The notes: generated by a model from the letters alone, not told the origin. 36,947 nucleotides of DNA from Octopus bimaculoides (GCF_001194135.2 NC_068997.1:15347556-15384502); one strand, 5' to 3'; shown: positions 1 to 10,546, numbered from the stretch's first letter. Program-made: numbers and translations.

Positions 1-89
1 GTGTAAGGGTGTACACACCTACACATAGCCACGCACATCGTGCACTGTCTGTCTCTGGAAACTGAACAATTATCCTTACTCCCTCTCTG

Positions 90-92
<3 letters not shown>

Positions 93-135
<43 letters not shown>

Positions 136-202
136 AGTCCCTCGCCACTTCTCGCTTTTTCATCCATTCCACTGTCACTTGGTTCACCACAAAACACACA
201 CA

Positions 203-233
<31 letters not shown>

Positions 234-333
234 AACAGAACCAAAGTAATTTTTATTTCTCTCATTTGATGTTATATTTTCTGCATCTACCTCTCACACA
301 TTTAGTTACACCAAATTTCCATGTTTGTCTCTT

Positions 334-397
<64 letters not shown>

Positions 398-403
398 ATT
401 TAT

Positions 404-445
<42 letters not shown>

Positions 446-510
446 CATTTATTTATCTATCTATCTATCTATCTATCTCTCTATCTATCTATCTATCTAT
501 CTATCTACTG
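93..510. repeat. (CT)n and (TCTA)n microsatellites
   Basis: Directly visible; explains the [14 protein letters not shown] ORFs. Confidence 0.97.
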
Positions 511-701
511 CTCTCCCTTCCTCTTACTCCTTTCCCCTCCCCTCTCTCTCTCCCTTTCTCCCTCCCTCTCTATATTTGTTTCAATCATTAGACTGCTGCC
601 ATCCTGGGGCACAACCTTGAAAAATTGTAGGCTGACCCAGTACTTTTTTCTTGTTTTTTATTTATTTTTTAAATTTTTACCAAACTGCTAAGCGACAGGG
701 A

Positions 702-724
702 AGTTGTCAAGCGGTGGTAGGGGA

Positions 725-767
<43 letters not shown>

Positions 768-958
768 ACACACACATGCATACAGACTTAGATATATGTA
801 TATACAATGGGCTTCTTTCATTTCCCATCTACTGAATCCATTCCCAAGACTTTGGTCAGCCTGAGGCTATAGTAGAAGACACTTGCCCCAGGTGCCACAC
901 AGTGGGACTGAACCCAGAACCATGTGGTTGGGGAGCAAGCTTCTTACCACACAGCCAT
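702..958 (-). mobile_element. SINE family A (Octopus-type tRNA-derived), partial
   Basis: Reverse complement of the ATGGCTGTGTGGTAAGAAGCTTGCT...GGTTCAGTCCCACTG...GGCAAGTGTCTTCTACTATAGCC head seen at 8604 and 32370. Confidence 0.9.
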
Positions 959-1002
959 NNNNNNNNNNNNNNNNNNNNNNNNNNNNNNNNNNNNNNNNNN
1001 NN

Positions 1003-1025
1003 AGTTGTCAAGCGGTGGTAGGGGA

Positions 1026-1068
<43 letters not shown>

Positions 1069-1277
1069 ACACACACATGCATACAGACTTAGATATATGT
1101 ATATACAATGGGCTTCTTTCATTTCCCATCTACTGAATCCATTCCCAAGACTTTGGTCAGCCTGAGGCTATAGTAGAAGACACTTGCCCCAGGTGCCACA
1201 CAGTGGGACTGAACCCAGAACCATGTGGTTGGGGAGCAAGCTTCTTACCACACAGCCATATCTGCACCTATATAATA
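1003..1277 (-). mobile_element. SINE family A, partial (1003-1259 repeats 702-958 across the 44-N gap)
   Basis: Same head motif; appears identical to the copy before the gap. Confidence 0.9.
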
Positions 1278-1299
1278 CACACACACATACACACACAAC

Positions 1300-1500
1300 A
1301 CATGCATACAGACTTATATATATGTATATACAATGGGCTTCTTTCAGTTTCCGTCTACTGAATCCATTCCCAAGACTTTGGTCAGCCTGAGGCTATAGTA
1401 GAAGTCACTTGCCCCAGGTGCCACACAGTGGGATTGAACCCAGGACCATGTGGTTGGGGAGCAAGCTTCTTACCACACAGCCATATCTGCGCCTATATAA
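1300..1500 (-). mobile_element. SINE family A head, third tandem copy
   Basis: Same motif; shares private variants with the previous copy but has several substitutions. Confidence 0.9.
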
Positions 1501-1786
1501 TACACACACACACACACATATTTGTCTCCCCTCCTCCTTCTCATTATTTACCGATTCTATTCTCCGCATCCCTGACGTTATTTTTCTCTCTTTTCCTTCA
1601 ACATTTGTACACCTCTTCCTTCTTTTTTTTTCATCTCTATCAATCTCTCTCTTACCTTCTCGCTTTAACTTTCCACCTTCCATCCTCCTTCTCTCTGCTT
1701 CTCTCTCTCCCTCTCTCACCATTTACAAAATTTTTTCATCACATTTTCTCTTCCACATCTTTATGTAGCTTTCACTGTTCCGGTGT

Positions 1787-1909
1787 CTGTCTATCTATCT
1801 GTCTTTCTGTCTTTCTGACTGTCTATCTGTTTATGTCTGTCTGTTTATTTGTCTATCTGTCTGTCTGTTTATTTGTCTATCTGTCTGTCTATCTATCTAT
1901 GTCTATCTT

Positions 1910-1944
<35 letters not shown>

Positions 1945-2633
1945 TTCTGCCTGTCTGTCTATCTGTCTGTCTGTCTATCTTTCTGTCCGTCTGTCTGTCT
2001 GTTTATTTGTCTGTCTGTCTGTCTATCTATCTGCCTGTCTTTCTTTCTGTCTGTCTGTCTATCTGTCTGTTNNNNNNNNNNNNNNNNNNNNNNNNNNNNN
2101 NNNNNNNNNNNNNNNNNNNNNNNNNNNNNNNNNNNNNNNNNNNNNNNNNNNNNNNNNNNNNNNNNNNNNNNNNNNNNNNNNNNNNNNNNNNNNNNNNNNN
2201 NNNNNNNNNNNNNNNNNNNNNNNNNNNNNNNNNNNNNNNNNNNNNNNNNNNNNNNNNNNNNNNNNNNNNNNNNNNNNNNNNNNNNNNNNNNNNNNNNNNN
2301 NNNNNNNNNNNNNNNNNNNNNNNNNNNNNNNNNNNNNNNNNNNNNNNNNNNNNNNNNNNNNNNNNNNNNNNNNNNNNNNNNNNNNNNNNNNNNNNNNNNN
2401 NNNNNNNNNNNNNNNNNNNNNNNNNNNNNNNNNNNNNNNNNNNNNNNNNNNNNNNNNNNNNNNNNNNNNNNNNNNNNNNNNNNNNNNNNNNNNNNNNNNN
2501 NNNNNNNNNNNNNNNNNNNNNNNNNNNNNNNNNNNNNNNNNNNNNNNNNNNNNNNNNNNNNNNNNNNNNNNNNNNNNNNNNNNNNNNNNNNTCTGTCTAT
2601 CTGTCTGTCTATCTGCCTTTCTGTCTGTCTGTC
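1787..2633. repeat. (TCTG/TCTA)n tetranucleotide tract spanning the 2072-2591 gap
   Basis: Directly visible. Confidence 0.95.
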
Positions 2634-2894
2634 GGCTAGTCTTACTCTCTCTCTCTTTCTCTTTCCCTCTGCCTCTCACTCTCCATTTAAAATCTTACCT
2701 TCTTTCTCATATATATCTTTGTTTAATGCTAAATCTCTCTCTCTCAGTTTCTGTAGCTCTCTTTCCTCCCTTTATCATTCTCTCTCTCTCTCTCTCTGCT
2801 CCCTAAATGTAACTTTAACTATTTTTCTCTCTCCTTTTCCTCCACCTCCTCTCTCTATCTCTTTGACTCCTTTTCTTCTCAGTTGATTTCTGAA

Positions 2895-2896
2895 TC

Positions 2897-2929
<33 letters not shown>

Positions 2930-3758
2930 CACACAACACACAAACACACATATGCATGCATACACATAGATATGCATACATAACAACAGGTGCATGCAAA
3001 CACACACATACACATGGACATGCACACATATGCACACACATACACATACACACTTTCATACATGCATACACACGCACACACACATACACGCATACACATA
3101 CACACTTTCATATACGTATATATATACACAAACGTTTTTACATACACATACACTCAAACTCACACTTTTGTACATGCATATACACACATATGTAGATATA
3201 TAAACATACAGTTATTCATACACATACACATGCATATACATTTATATACGTATTATAAATTGTTTATGTGCACACATCTATTCACCATTGTACATACACA
3301 CTCATGCATATGTATACACACACACACACACACATATATATACATACATAGCTATAAGTGTTTACATACTCACACATGCTCTTTCTCTGATTATGCCTCA
3401 CTCACTCATTAACGTTACCTTCCAGTCACCCTTACATCACACACACACACATGCGAGCGCACGCACGCACGCACGCACGCGCACAAACATACAGACACAC
3501 ACACACACACATACACAGGCTTACCCCACCACACACACATACACACATACATTCATATAGATAGATACATACTTACATAATGCATAAGTATGTATGTACA
3601 TATATACACACACATATATACATATATACACACACATATATATATGCCTACACACCTAATACGCCATTCCACGCATACTCAACTAACCATTCAAGATGAA
3701 AGGATTCACAACTCGCATTTTACCTTGATTAGAAAGATTAAATTAATATATACTCCTG

Positions 3759-3794
<36 letters not shown>

Positions 3795-4323
3795 TCTATT
3801 TCCATATACATATATGTCATGTATATATAAGTAAATTTTGTATACACACAAATGTGCACACACCATGTGTCTATGTATGTATGTATATATGTTTGCATGC
3901 ATGTATGTGTATGTATGTGTGTGTGTGTGTGTGAATATGCACATATATATATATATACATCCACACCTATATGTATAGGCATACATATTTATATATACGT
4001 ACATATATATGTGTGTATATATATATGTATATATATATGTATATGTATATATGTATGGGTTTGTGTTTGTGTATATATATATATATATATGTTCACATGA
4101 GTCACTATATGTGTGGATATATGTTTATATATATATATATGTATATTTATATATATATATATATCTGCATATATGTACATGTATGTATGTATGCATATGT
4201 ACTTACGTACAAACATACATATATATCTATATATCTACATGAATGCATATGTATATATATGTACATATACAAATATATATGCATATATATATGTATATAT
4301 ATATACATATATATATATGTATG

Positions 4324-4363
<40 letters not shown>

Positions 4364-4369
4364 ATATAT
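2895..4369. repeat. Degenerate (CA)n/(TA)n/(TG)n microsatellite field
   Basis: Directly visible; source of the HTHT/YIYI ORFs. Confidence 0.95.
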
Positions 4370-4984
4370 NNNNNNNNNNNNNNNNNNNNNNNNNNNNNNN
4401 NNNNNNNNNNNNNNNNNNNNNNNNNNNNNNNNNNNNNNNNNNNNNNNNNNNNNNNNNNNNNNNNNNNNNNNNNNNNNNNNNNNNNNNNNNNNNNNNNNNN
4501 NNNNNNNNNNNNNNNNNNNNNNNNNNNNNNNNNNNNNNNNNNNNNNNNNNNNNNNNNNNNNNNNNNNNNNNNNNNNNNNNNNNNNNNNNNNNNNNNNNNN
4601 NNNNNNNNNNNNNNNNNNNNNNNNNNNNNNNNNNNNNNNNNNNNNNNNNNNNNNNNNNNNNNNNNNNNNNNNNNNNNNNNNNNNNNNNNNNNNNNNNNNN
4701 NNNNNNNNNNNNNNNNNNNNNNNNNNNNNNNNNNNNNNNNNNNNNNNNNNNNNNNNNNNNNNNNNNNNNNNNNNNNNNNNNNNNNNNNNNNNNNNNNNNN
4801 NNNNNNNNNNNNNNNNNNNNNNNNNNNNNNNNNNNNNNNNNNNNNNNNNNNNNNNNNNNNNNNNNNNNNNNNNNNNNNNNNNNNNNNNNNNNNNNNNNNN
4901 NNNNNNNNNNNNNNNNNNNNNNNNNNNNNNNNNNNNNNNNNNNNNNNNNNNNNNNNNNCCCCTCCATCCACCCTCACCTCTCTT

Positions 4985-5110
4985 CAGTACTTGACCGGTA
5001 CTTATTTTCGTTGAGCAGCCTCCTCCTTTTTCGAAGGCTCTCGTGTTCCCATTCTAGAAGAGATGAAAGAGAAATTAGTAAATGCTGAAATTTGAACTTG
5101 GAATCTGGGA
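4985..5110 (-). mobile_element. Degenerate SINE family B fragment
   Basis: CAGTACTTGACCGGTACTTATTT...GATGAAAG...AAATTTGAACT resembles the copies at 11476 and 30478. Confidence 0.55.
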
Positions 5111-5159
5111 ACTCTCAGGTTTCTAACTTACTCTAAATTCTCTGGTTACTAGGGGGTCA

Positions 5160-5676
5160 TTTTTTTTTTGTCTAGTTGTATTGCAGTTTTCACTACCTTT
5201 AGAAGGATATCAGATGAAAAGGATTTTACAAGGACAGTTTATGATTTGTGTGAGGGTTTATATAAAAGATAAGAAGAAAGGGAGAGGAGTTGTGGATATG
5301 ATAAAAGTATACATAGCATACAGAAGGGGGAACAAATCCATGATGCAGGCCTCTTGATACAGGGGAACCTCTAGCTAGGACCAGTCAAGGAACCCAACAG
5401 ATCAAAGATCTGCTGAATGAATGAAAGCATAAGATCTTCCCTACTGATGTTTTCCAATATACAGGTGCAAACTTAGAGTAGATCTATTCTCCCTAACAAT
5501 TCTTGCCACAATCACCAACCTTTTGACGAATTCACTGGGTGAAAGCACTTCTCGCTCCAGCCTTACTTTCCTTTACAAGTGGAACTTAAGAAAGTTGATG
5601 AGGGCTTGACTAAAGAGGAATGTGTTTGTTCTCAATACTCCCAACCTGCAGTGGACTGCACAACCTCTTTTGCCAT
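5160..5676 (-). mobile_element. 5'-truncated Tx1/L1-like LINE 3' end (ORF2 C-terminus, 3' UTR, short poly-A)
   Basis: Minus strand 5676-5441 translates, with one frameshift and one stop, to MAKEVV..RLGVLRTNTFLFSQALINFLKFHL*RKVRLEREVLSPSEFVKRLVIVARIVRENRSTLSLHL. This is colinear with the peptide at 34360. T-run at about 5160-5170 on the + strand. Confidence 0.7.
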
Positions 5677-5734
5677 AGGCACTGGAAGTATGAAAGGCAA
5701 AGCTGAACTCAGATTGAACTTAGTCACAATCACT

Positions 5735-5860
5735 CATGTACTCACTCACTGACTCACTTACCCTCACTTACCACTCACTCACTCACTCACCGACTCACTC
5801 ACTCACTTACCCACTCACTCATCACTCACTCATTCACTCATCCACTCACTCACTCACTCA
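5735..5860. repeat. (CTCA)n tetranucleotide repeat
   Basis: Directly visible. Confidence 0.9.
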
Positions 5861-6244
5861 TGCTCTTGCTTGATCCGAGGTCATCCCAAGTGAGTGATCC
5901 CAGTGGCATCATAGTGTATAGAGTCAACCAGGTCCACCAATGTCCCCTGTCACTGATGGTCCCATGCCAGAGCCCCTTTGCATTCTCTAAGATGACATCA
6001 GTAACATAAGATGAATTCTCATTGGTCGAGGGGCAAGCAGGAGTCCATTCCGATATTGGACAATCTGATTTCTTCTAGTTGGTTCCATAACAAGTTGATT
6101 GTTTACCTACACAGGTTGTTGGCCCTCCACAGAGGATGGGACTGCCATCATGGTGATGAGCTGATGGTAAGGTAAATAAGGAAAGGTTAACCTCTCGAAT
6201 CATACTAACTCACAAGGGCTGGTTTCCCAGTTTCATGGTGTATA

Positions 6245-7079
6245 CAGTAATCCTTCACCATATTGCGGTTCACCTATCATGGTTTATTATTTAAGACGGA
6301 TCTTTTTTAAAACGGGGGCCACATTTTTCATTAACAGAACACTTTGAAACTTGGAACACTGGTAGAATGTGTCATATAAAACATCTTTTTCTCTTAGTCT
6401 TCGTAAAAAAAAAAAGAAATCCCTAAGTTATTCCATGTTAAAGTTGTCGTATTTCTGTAATTTCAACCAATCACTGACGTCCATTCAGCCGATATACATT
6501 AAGTGCCGACTACATAAACAAACGATTCTGAAACAATTCTATCGGTGATAGGGTTAGGGTTAGGGTTAGGGTAAAACAGCAAATTTAAAAAGAAAAAAGC
6601 AAATAAAACGAAGAAAAAAAAAGAAAATGAAAAAAGCAAATTTAAAATGAAAAAAGCAAATAAAACGAAGCAATGGCTTAATCAGCCAAAGGAGTAAATG
6701 TAAACAACTGAATACTTGTCAGTGATTGGTTGAAATTATCGAAATAAGACAATTTTTTACATGAAATAAATTCGAATACAAAAATATTTTTCTGTTCTAT
6801 AACACAAAATAGATAAGTATACGAAGTTTGAAAGTCTTTCGGTACCAAAAACACTACGTAAAACATTAATGAAAAATGTGGCCCCCGTTTTAAAAAAGAT
6901 CCTTTAAGACTATGCCGATTCCTCCATGGTGTTGTTTTGCATTTATAATAAAATAAATATATACAAATTGTGAAAATAATAACCAAAAATATACAGCACA
7001 GTACTGTTTCTATTTCGCAGATTTTCACCTATTGCAGGGGTTTTTGGAATGTAACGCCTGTGGTATCGAGGGATTACTG
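6245..7079. mobile_element. Tc1/mariner (pogo/Tigger-like) MITE
   Basis: TA|CAGTAATCC...GGATTACTG|TA; degenerate TIRs; TA TSD at 6243-6244 and 7080-7081. Confidence 0.75.
6298..6902. mobile_element. TTAGGG-core MITE, copy 1 (Merlin-like)
   Basis: Perfect 37-bp TIR GGATCTTTTTTAAAACGGGGGCCACATTTTTCATTAA (6298-6334 / 6866-6902); 8-bp TSD TTTAAGAC (6290-6297 / 6903-6910). Confidence 0.93.
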
Positions 7080-7479
7080 TATATTCCACATCTGGATGGG
7101 ACACCGGACCATCATAGGATTACTTATTGTTGCCAACTAAATAGACTGAAGTGTTTTGCTCAAGAATTCAAATAAATAGACATAATATAATGTCTAAAAG
7201 TTGATGAATACCACCACTTGATCCCTTCCATTTTCTTATTGACGTATAAATTTAAGGTAAAACAACCTTTTACCCTCGCCCATTTATTACATTCAGTAGT
7301 GTAATTGCCATGCAATGAAAAAACACTTGTGTATTAAGAATTGGGTATTCTACCAGAAATATATTGGATAGATATTATCCCTTAGTTGGTTGGATTCACA
7401 ACCTCTAAATTTCTTGGAATTATATATACACACATATATATATATATATGTGTGTGTATATAGCTATATATGTGTGTCT

Positions 7480-7690
7480 TTGTGTTTGACCTCCTCATCA
7501 CCGCTTGACAACTGGCGTTGGTGTGTTTATGTCCCTGTAACTTAGTGGTTCAGCAAAAAAGATTGATAGAATAAGTATTGAGACTTAAGAAATAAATCCG
7601 GCGGGGGGGGGGGTCGATTTGCTTGACTAAAAGTTCTCCAAAGCAGTGCCCCAGAATGGCCGCAGTCAAATGACTGAAACAAGCAAAAGA
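7480..7690 (+). mobile_element. SINE family A, 3' half
   Basis: GCTTGACAAC...GTAACTTAG...GGTCGATTTGCT...GGCCGCAGTCAAATGACTGAAACAAG as at 9110-9275. Confidence 0.85.
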
Positions 7691-8047
7691 CAAAAATAAA
7701 AAGGAGTAAATAAATAAAAAATGAAAAATAAATAAATAAAAATAAAGATGAGTAATTGAATAAAAGCAGAAATAAATAAAAATCTGAATAAACACGGGAT
7801 GGTTTGTGTCAGCAAAAATTAATTAAGTTCATAAAAGTAATATTCTAACGATGAATGACATCACTCACTTAAACCACACCCAGGCATTTTGAGCTAACGA
7901 GGTGGACTTTAGGTGGTCATTTAACAGGCTGGAAATAGCAACCAAATCTCCCTTATCCCTTTCGCATTTAAACCGGTTATATTTGGCCCTGTTTTACGTG
8001 CAGACCAGCCAAATCTGACCTCTCACATTCTGAAATATCATTCTACA

Positions 8048-8277
8048 GTGTCTGTTTTGGCAAGGTTTCTATGGCTGGATGCACTTCCTGATGCCAACCG
8101 CTTTACAGAGTGTACTTGGTGCTGTTTTTATGTGGCACCAACACGTGTGCTTTATATGTGGCACCGGCAAGGGTACATCACACATAGCACTGACAAGGGT
8201 GCTTTTTTTACGTGGCACCACTCAAGTGCTTTTCTATGTGGCACTGGCACGGGTGATTTTTATGTGACGCTGGCACA
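8048..8277 (-). mobile_element. SINE family C remnant with an internal ~26-bp minisatellite (8119-8277)
   Basis: GGCTGGATGCACTTCCTGATGCCAACC is the reverse complement of 10257-10282; about six units of GTGCTTTTTATGTGGCACCGGCACGG. Confidence 0.7.
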
Positions 8278-8299
8278 TAAAACAGGGAGGACACATTGA

Positions 8300-8390
8300 A
8301 TAACGTTGTCCATGGTGCCATGTGGTTGGACGGAACCTGAGACCACATGGGTGGGAGGTAAACTTCTTACAGATACAACCACACCTGCCC
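8300..8390 (-). mobile_element. Degenerate SINE family A head
   Basis: GGTGCCATG...GGAACCTGAGACCACATGG...AACTTCTTAC...CAACCACACCTGC. Confidence 0.6.
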
Positions 8391-8603
8391 CTCCAAAGTC
8401 ATGTATGTGTCTCAGTCACACCTTTGATATACAATACGAAGAGGTGGGCAAGATTGGAATGGCTTTGATCATGGGTCAGCTTGGTTAAGGCTGAATGTAA
8501 CTAAACATGTAGCTATTCCCAGAATACATACAATATCAATAATGCCAGTAGGTACGATAATGATATGGACAGAAAAAGAAAAAAAGAAAAAGAAAACTAT
8601 ATA

Positions 8604-9290
8604 GGCGCAGGAGTGGCTGTGTGGTAAGTAGCTTACTTACCAACCACATGGTTCCGGGTTCACTCCCACTGCATGGCACCTTGGGCAAGTGTCTTCTACT
8701 ATAACCTCGGGCTGACCAAAGCCTTGTGAGTGGATTTGGTAGACGGAAAGTGAAAGAAGCCTGTCATATATATGTATATANNNNNNNNNNNNNNNNNNNN
8801 NNNNNNNNNNNNNNNNNNNNNNNNNNNNNNNNNNNNNNNNNNNNNNNNNNNNNNNNNNNNNNNNNNNNNNNNNNNNNNNNNNNNNNNNNNNNNNNNNNNN
8901 NNNNNNNNNNNNNNNNNNNNNNNNNNNNNNNNNNNNNNNNNNNNNNNNNNNNNNNNNNNNNNNNNNNNNNNNNNNNNNNNNNNNNNNNNNNNNNNNNNNN
9001 NNNNNNNNNNNNNNNNNNNNNNNNNNNNNNNNNNNNNNNNNNNNNNNNNNNNNNNNNNNNNNNNNNNNNNNNNNNNNNNNNNNNNNTGTGTTTGTCCCCA
9101 CTACCATCGTTTGACAACCGATGCTGGTGTGTTTACGTCCCCGTAACTTAGCGGTTCGGCAAAAAGAGACCGATAGAATAAGTACTAGGCTTACAAAGAA
9201 TAAGTCCCAGGGTCGATTTGCTCGACTAAAGGCGGTGCTCCAGCATGGCCGCAGTCAAATGACTGAAACAAGTAAAAGAGAGTAAAGAGT
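8604..9290 (+). mobile_element. Near full-length SINE family A (middle microsatellite lost in the 8781-9086 gap)
   Basis: tRNA-like head with A-box-like TGGCTGTGTGG and B-box-like GGTTCACTCC, plus the 3' body; matches 22534-23070. Confidence 0.92.
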
Positions 9291-9540
9291 AATACTAACT
9301 ACAAAAGCAAAAACACCAACAGCAACAACTACAATAACTAGAACAACAACTACAACAATAACAACCAGGCAATTATTACAAGAAAAAAAATTAATAAAAC
9401 GACAAAATAACCACACAATTATAGCCACAGCAACAAGCGCATCAACAATATCAATAACCACAATCACAATGCTGACTACAACAACAACAACTACAACAAC
9501 AACAATTACAACAACAGCTACAACAACAGAAGCAACATCA
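9290..9540. repeat. Degenerate (CAA)n tract
   Basis: Directly visible. Confidence 0.85.
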
Positions 9541-9919
9541 CCAACGGCTGGCCATCTGTTTTCTCAGTTAACCATTTAATATATAAATATTGGAACAAGC
9601 TGAAGTCGTCAGACATAGGACCAACACCCACTTGAATCATAAACATATTATTGCCTCTTATCATTATAATTACTGCATGGTTCATTGCACTCGTAATTTG
9701 CATCACACTGCATTACATTGTATTGCACTGCTGTGCTGCAGTATTGCTCAGCTGCACTAAATTATTGCACTTCATCATACTGTATCACATTACATTGTTT
9801 CGTTGGCTTTTGTTTTTGTTTTTGTGTTCGTTGGGCCCCAGGACCGTCAATGGCCAGTTACCCAGTTTCTGTGGAATATAAAAGAACATGGATACAGATC
9901 CACTGCAAGTCTATTATAT

Positions 9920-10135
9920 TCTTTTCTAATCTGGGCACAAGGCCTGGAATTTTGAGGGAGGGGGCTAGTCAATTAGATCAACCCCAGTATGCAACTGGTA
10001 TTTAGTTTATTGACTTATTCTTTGTAAGCCTAGTACTTATTTTATCAGTCTCTTTTTGCCGAACCGCTAAGTTACAGGGACATAAACTAACCAGCATTGG
10101 TTGTCAAGCAATCGCAGGGGGACAAACACAAACAC
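9920..10135 (-). mobile_element. Adjacent SINE B and SINE A fragments
   Basis: GGCACAAGGCCTGGAATTTT...ACTGGTATT then TTTGTAAGCCTAGTACTTATT...GCCGAACCGCTAAGTTAC...GGTTGTCAAGC. Confidence 0.75.
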
Positions 10136-10145
10136 ACACACATAA

Positions 10146-10191
<46 letters not shown>

Positions 10192-10194
<3 letters not shown>

Positions 10195-10418
10195 AGTACC
10201 GCCTGACTGGCCTCGTGCGGGTGGCACGTAAAAGCACCCACTACACTCTCAGAGTGGTTGGCATTAGAAAGGGTATCCAGCTGTAGAAACTCTGCCAAAT
10301 CAGATTGGAGCCTGGTGTAGCCATCCGGTTTCACCAGTCCTCAGTCAAATCGTCCAACCCATGCTAGCATGGAAAGCGGACGTTAGACGATGATGATGAT
10401 GATGATGATAATGATGAT
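10192..10418 (+). mobile_element. SINE family C 3' part with (GAT)n tail (RTE-type tail)
   Basis: GTGGCACGTAAAAGCACC...GAAGGGTATCCAGCTGTAGAAAC...CGTCCAACCCATGCTAGCATGGAAAGCGGACGTTAGACGATGATG. Confidence 0.8.
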
Positions 10419-10431
10419 ATATATATATATA

Positions 10432-10546
10432 TATAAAGGAGGCTACTAGGTGGACTGCTAATGTGCTAGAAGAAGATCACATGTCATGTGTCTACTAAGA
10501 CCCTTCTTCTAGCACATGAGCAGTCCACCTAGTGGCCTCCCTTATA
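10432..10546. mobile_element. Short foldback MITE inserted in (TA)n
   Basis: 44-bp arms (10432-10475 / 10503-10546) with only a few mismatches; 27-bp spacer. Confidence 0.85.

Larger units (their letters stand above)
6166..7170 (-). mobile_element. Old CORE-like SINE split into 6166-6244 and 7080-7170 by nested MITEs
   Basis: GGTTTCCCAGTTTCATGGTGTA|TATTCCACATCTGGATGGGACACCGGACCATCATAGGATTACT...GCCAACT...GAAGTGTTTTGCTCAAGAA reads continuously once 6245-7079 is removed. The distal part matches the CORE-like block at 20645-20700. Confidence 0.6.

Noticed and set aside
40-4369. Long ORFs of SL, IYLS, SVCL, HT and YI type
   Set aside because: Translations of microsatellites and of N runs, not genes
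4985-5730. Idea that one SINE B was split by the LINE insertion
   Set aside because: The left fragment has its own continuation at 5060-5110, and no TSD was found
6678-7028. ORFs 6678-7028, 24541-24765 and 30055-30312 sharing the peptide KDFQTSYTYLFCVIEQKNIFVFEF
   Set aside because: Shared because they lie in the non-coding MITE arm; different starts and stops, and no transposase motifs
10310-10350. Minus-strand CUGAGGA...GAAAC in SINE C
   Set aside because: Only 5 nt between the core halves, with no stem II and no supporting stem I
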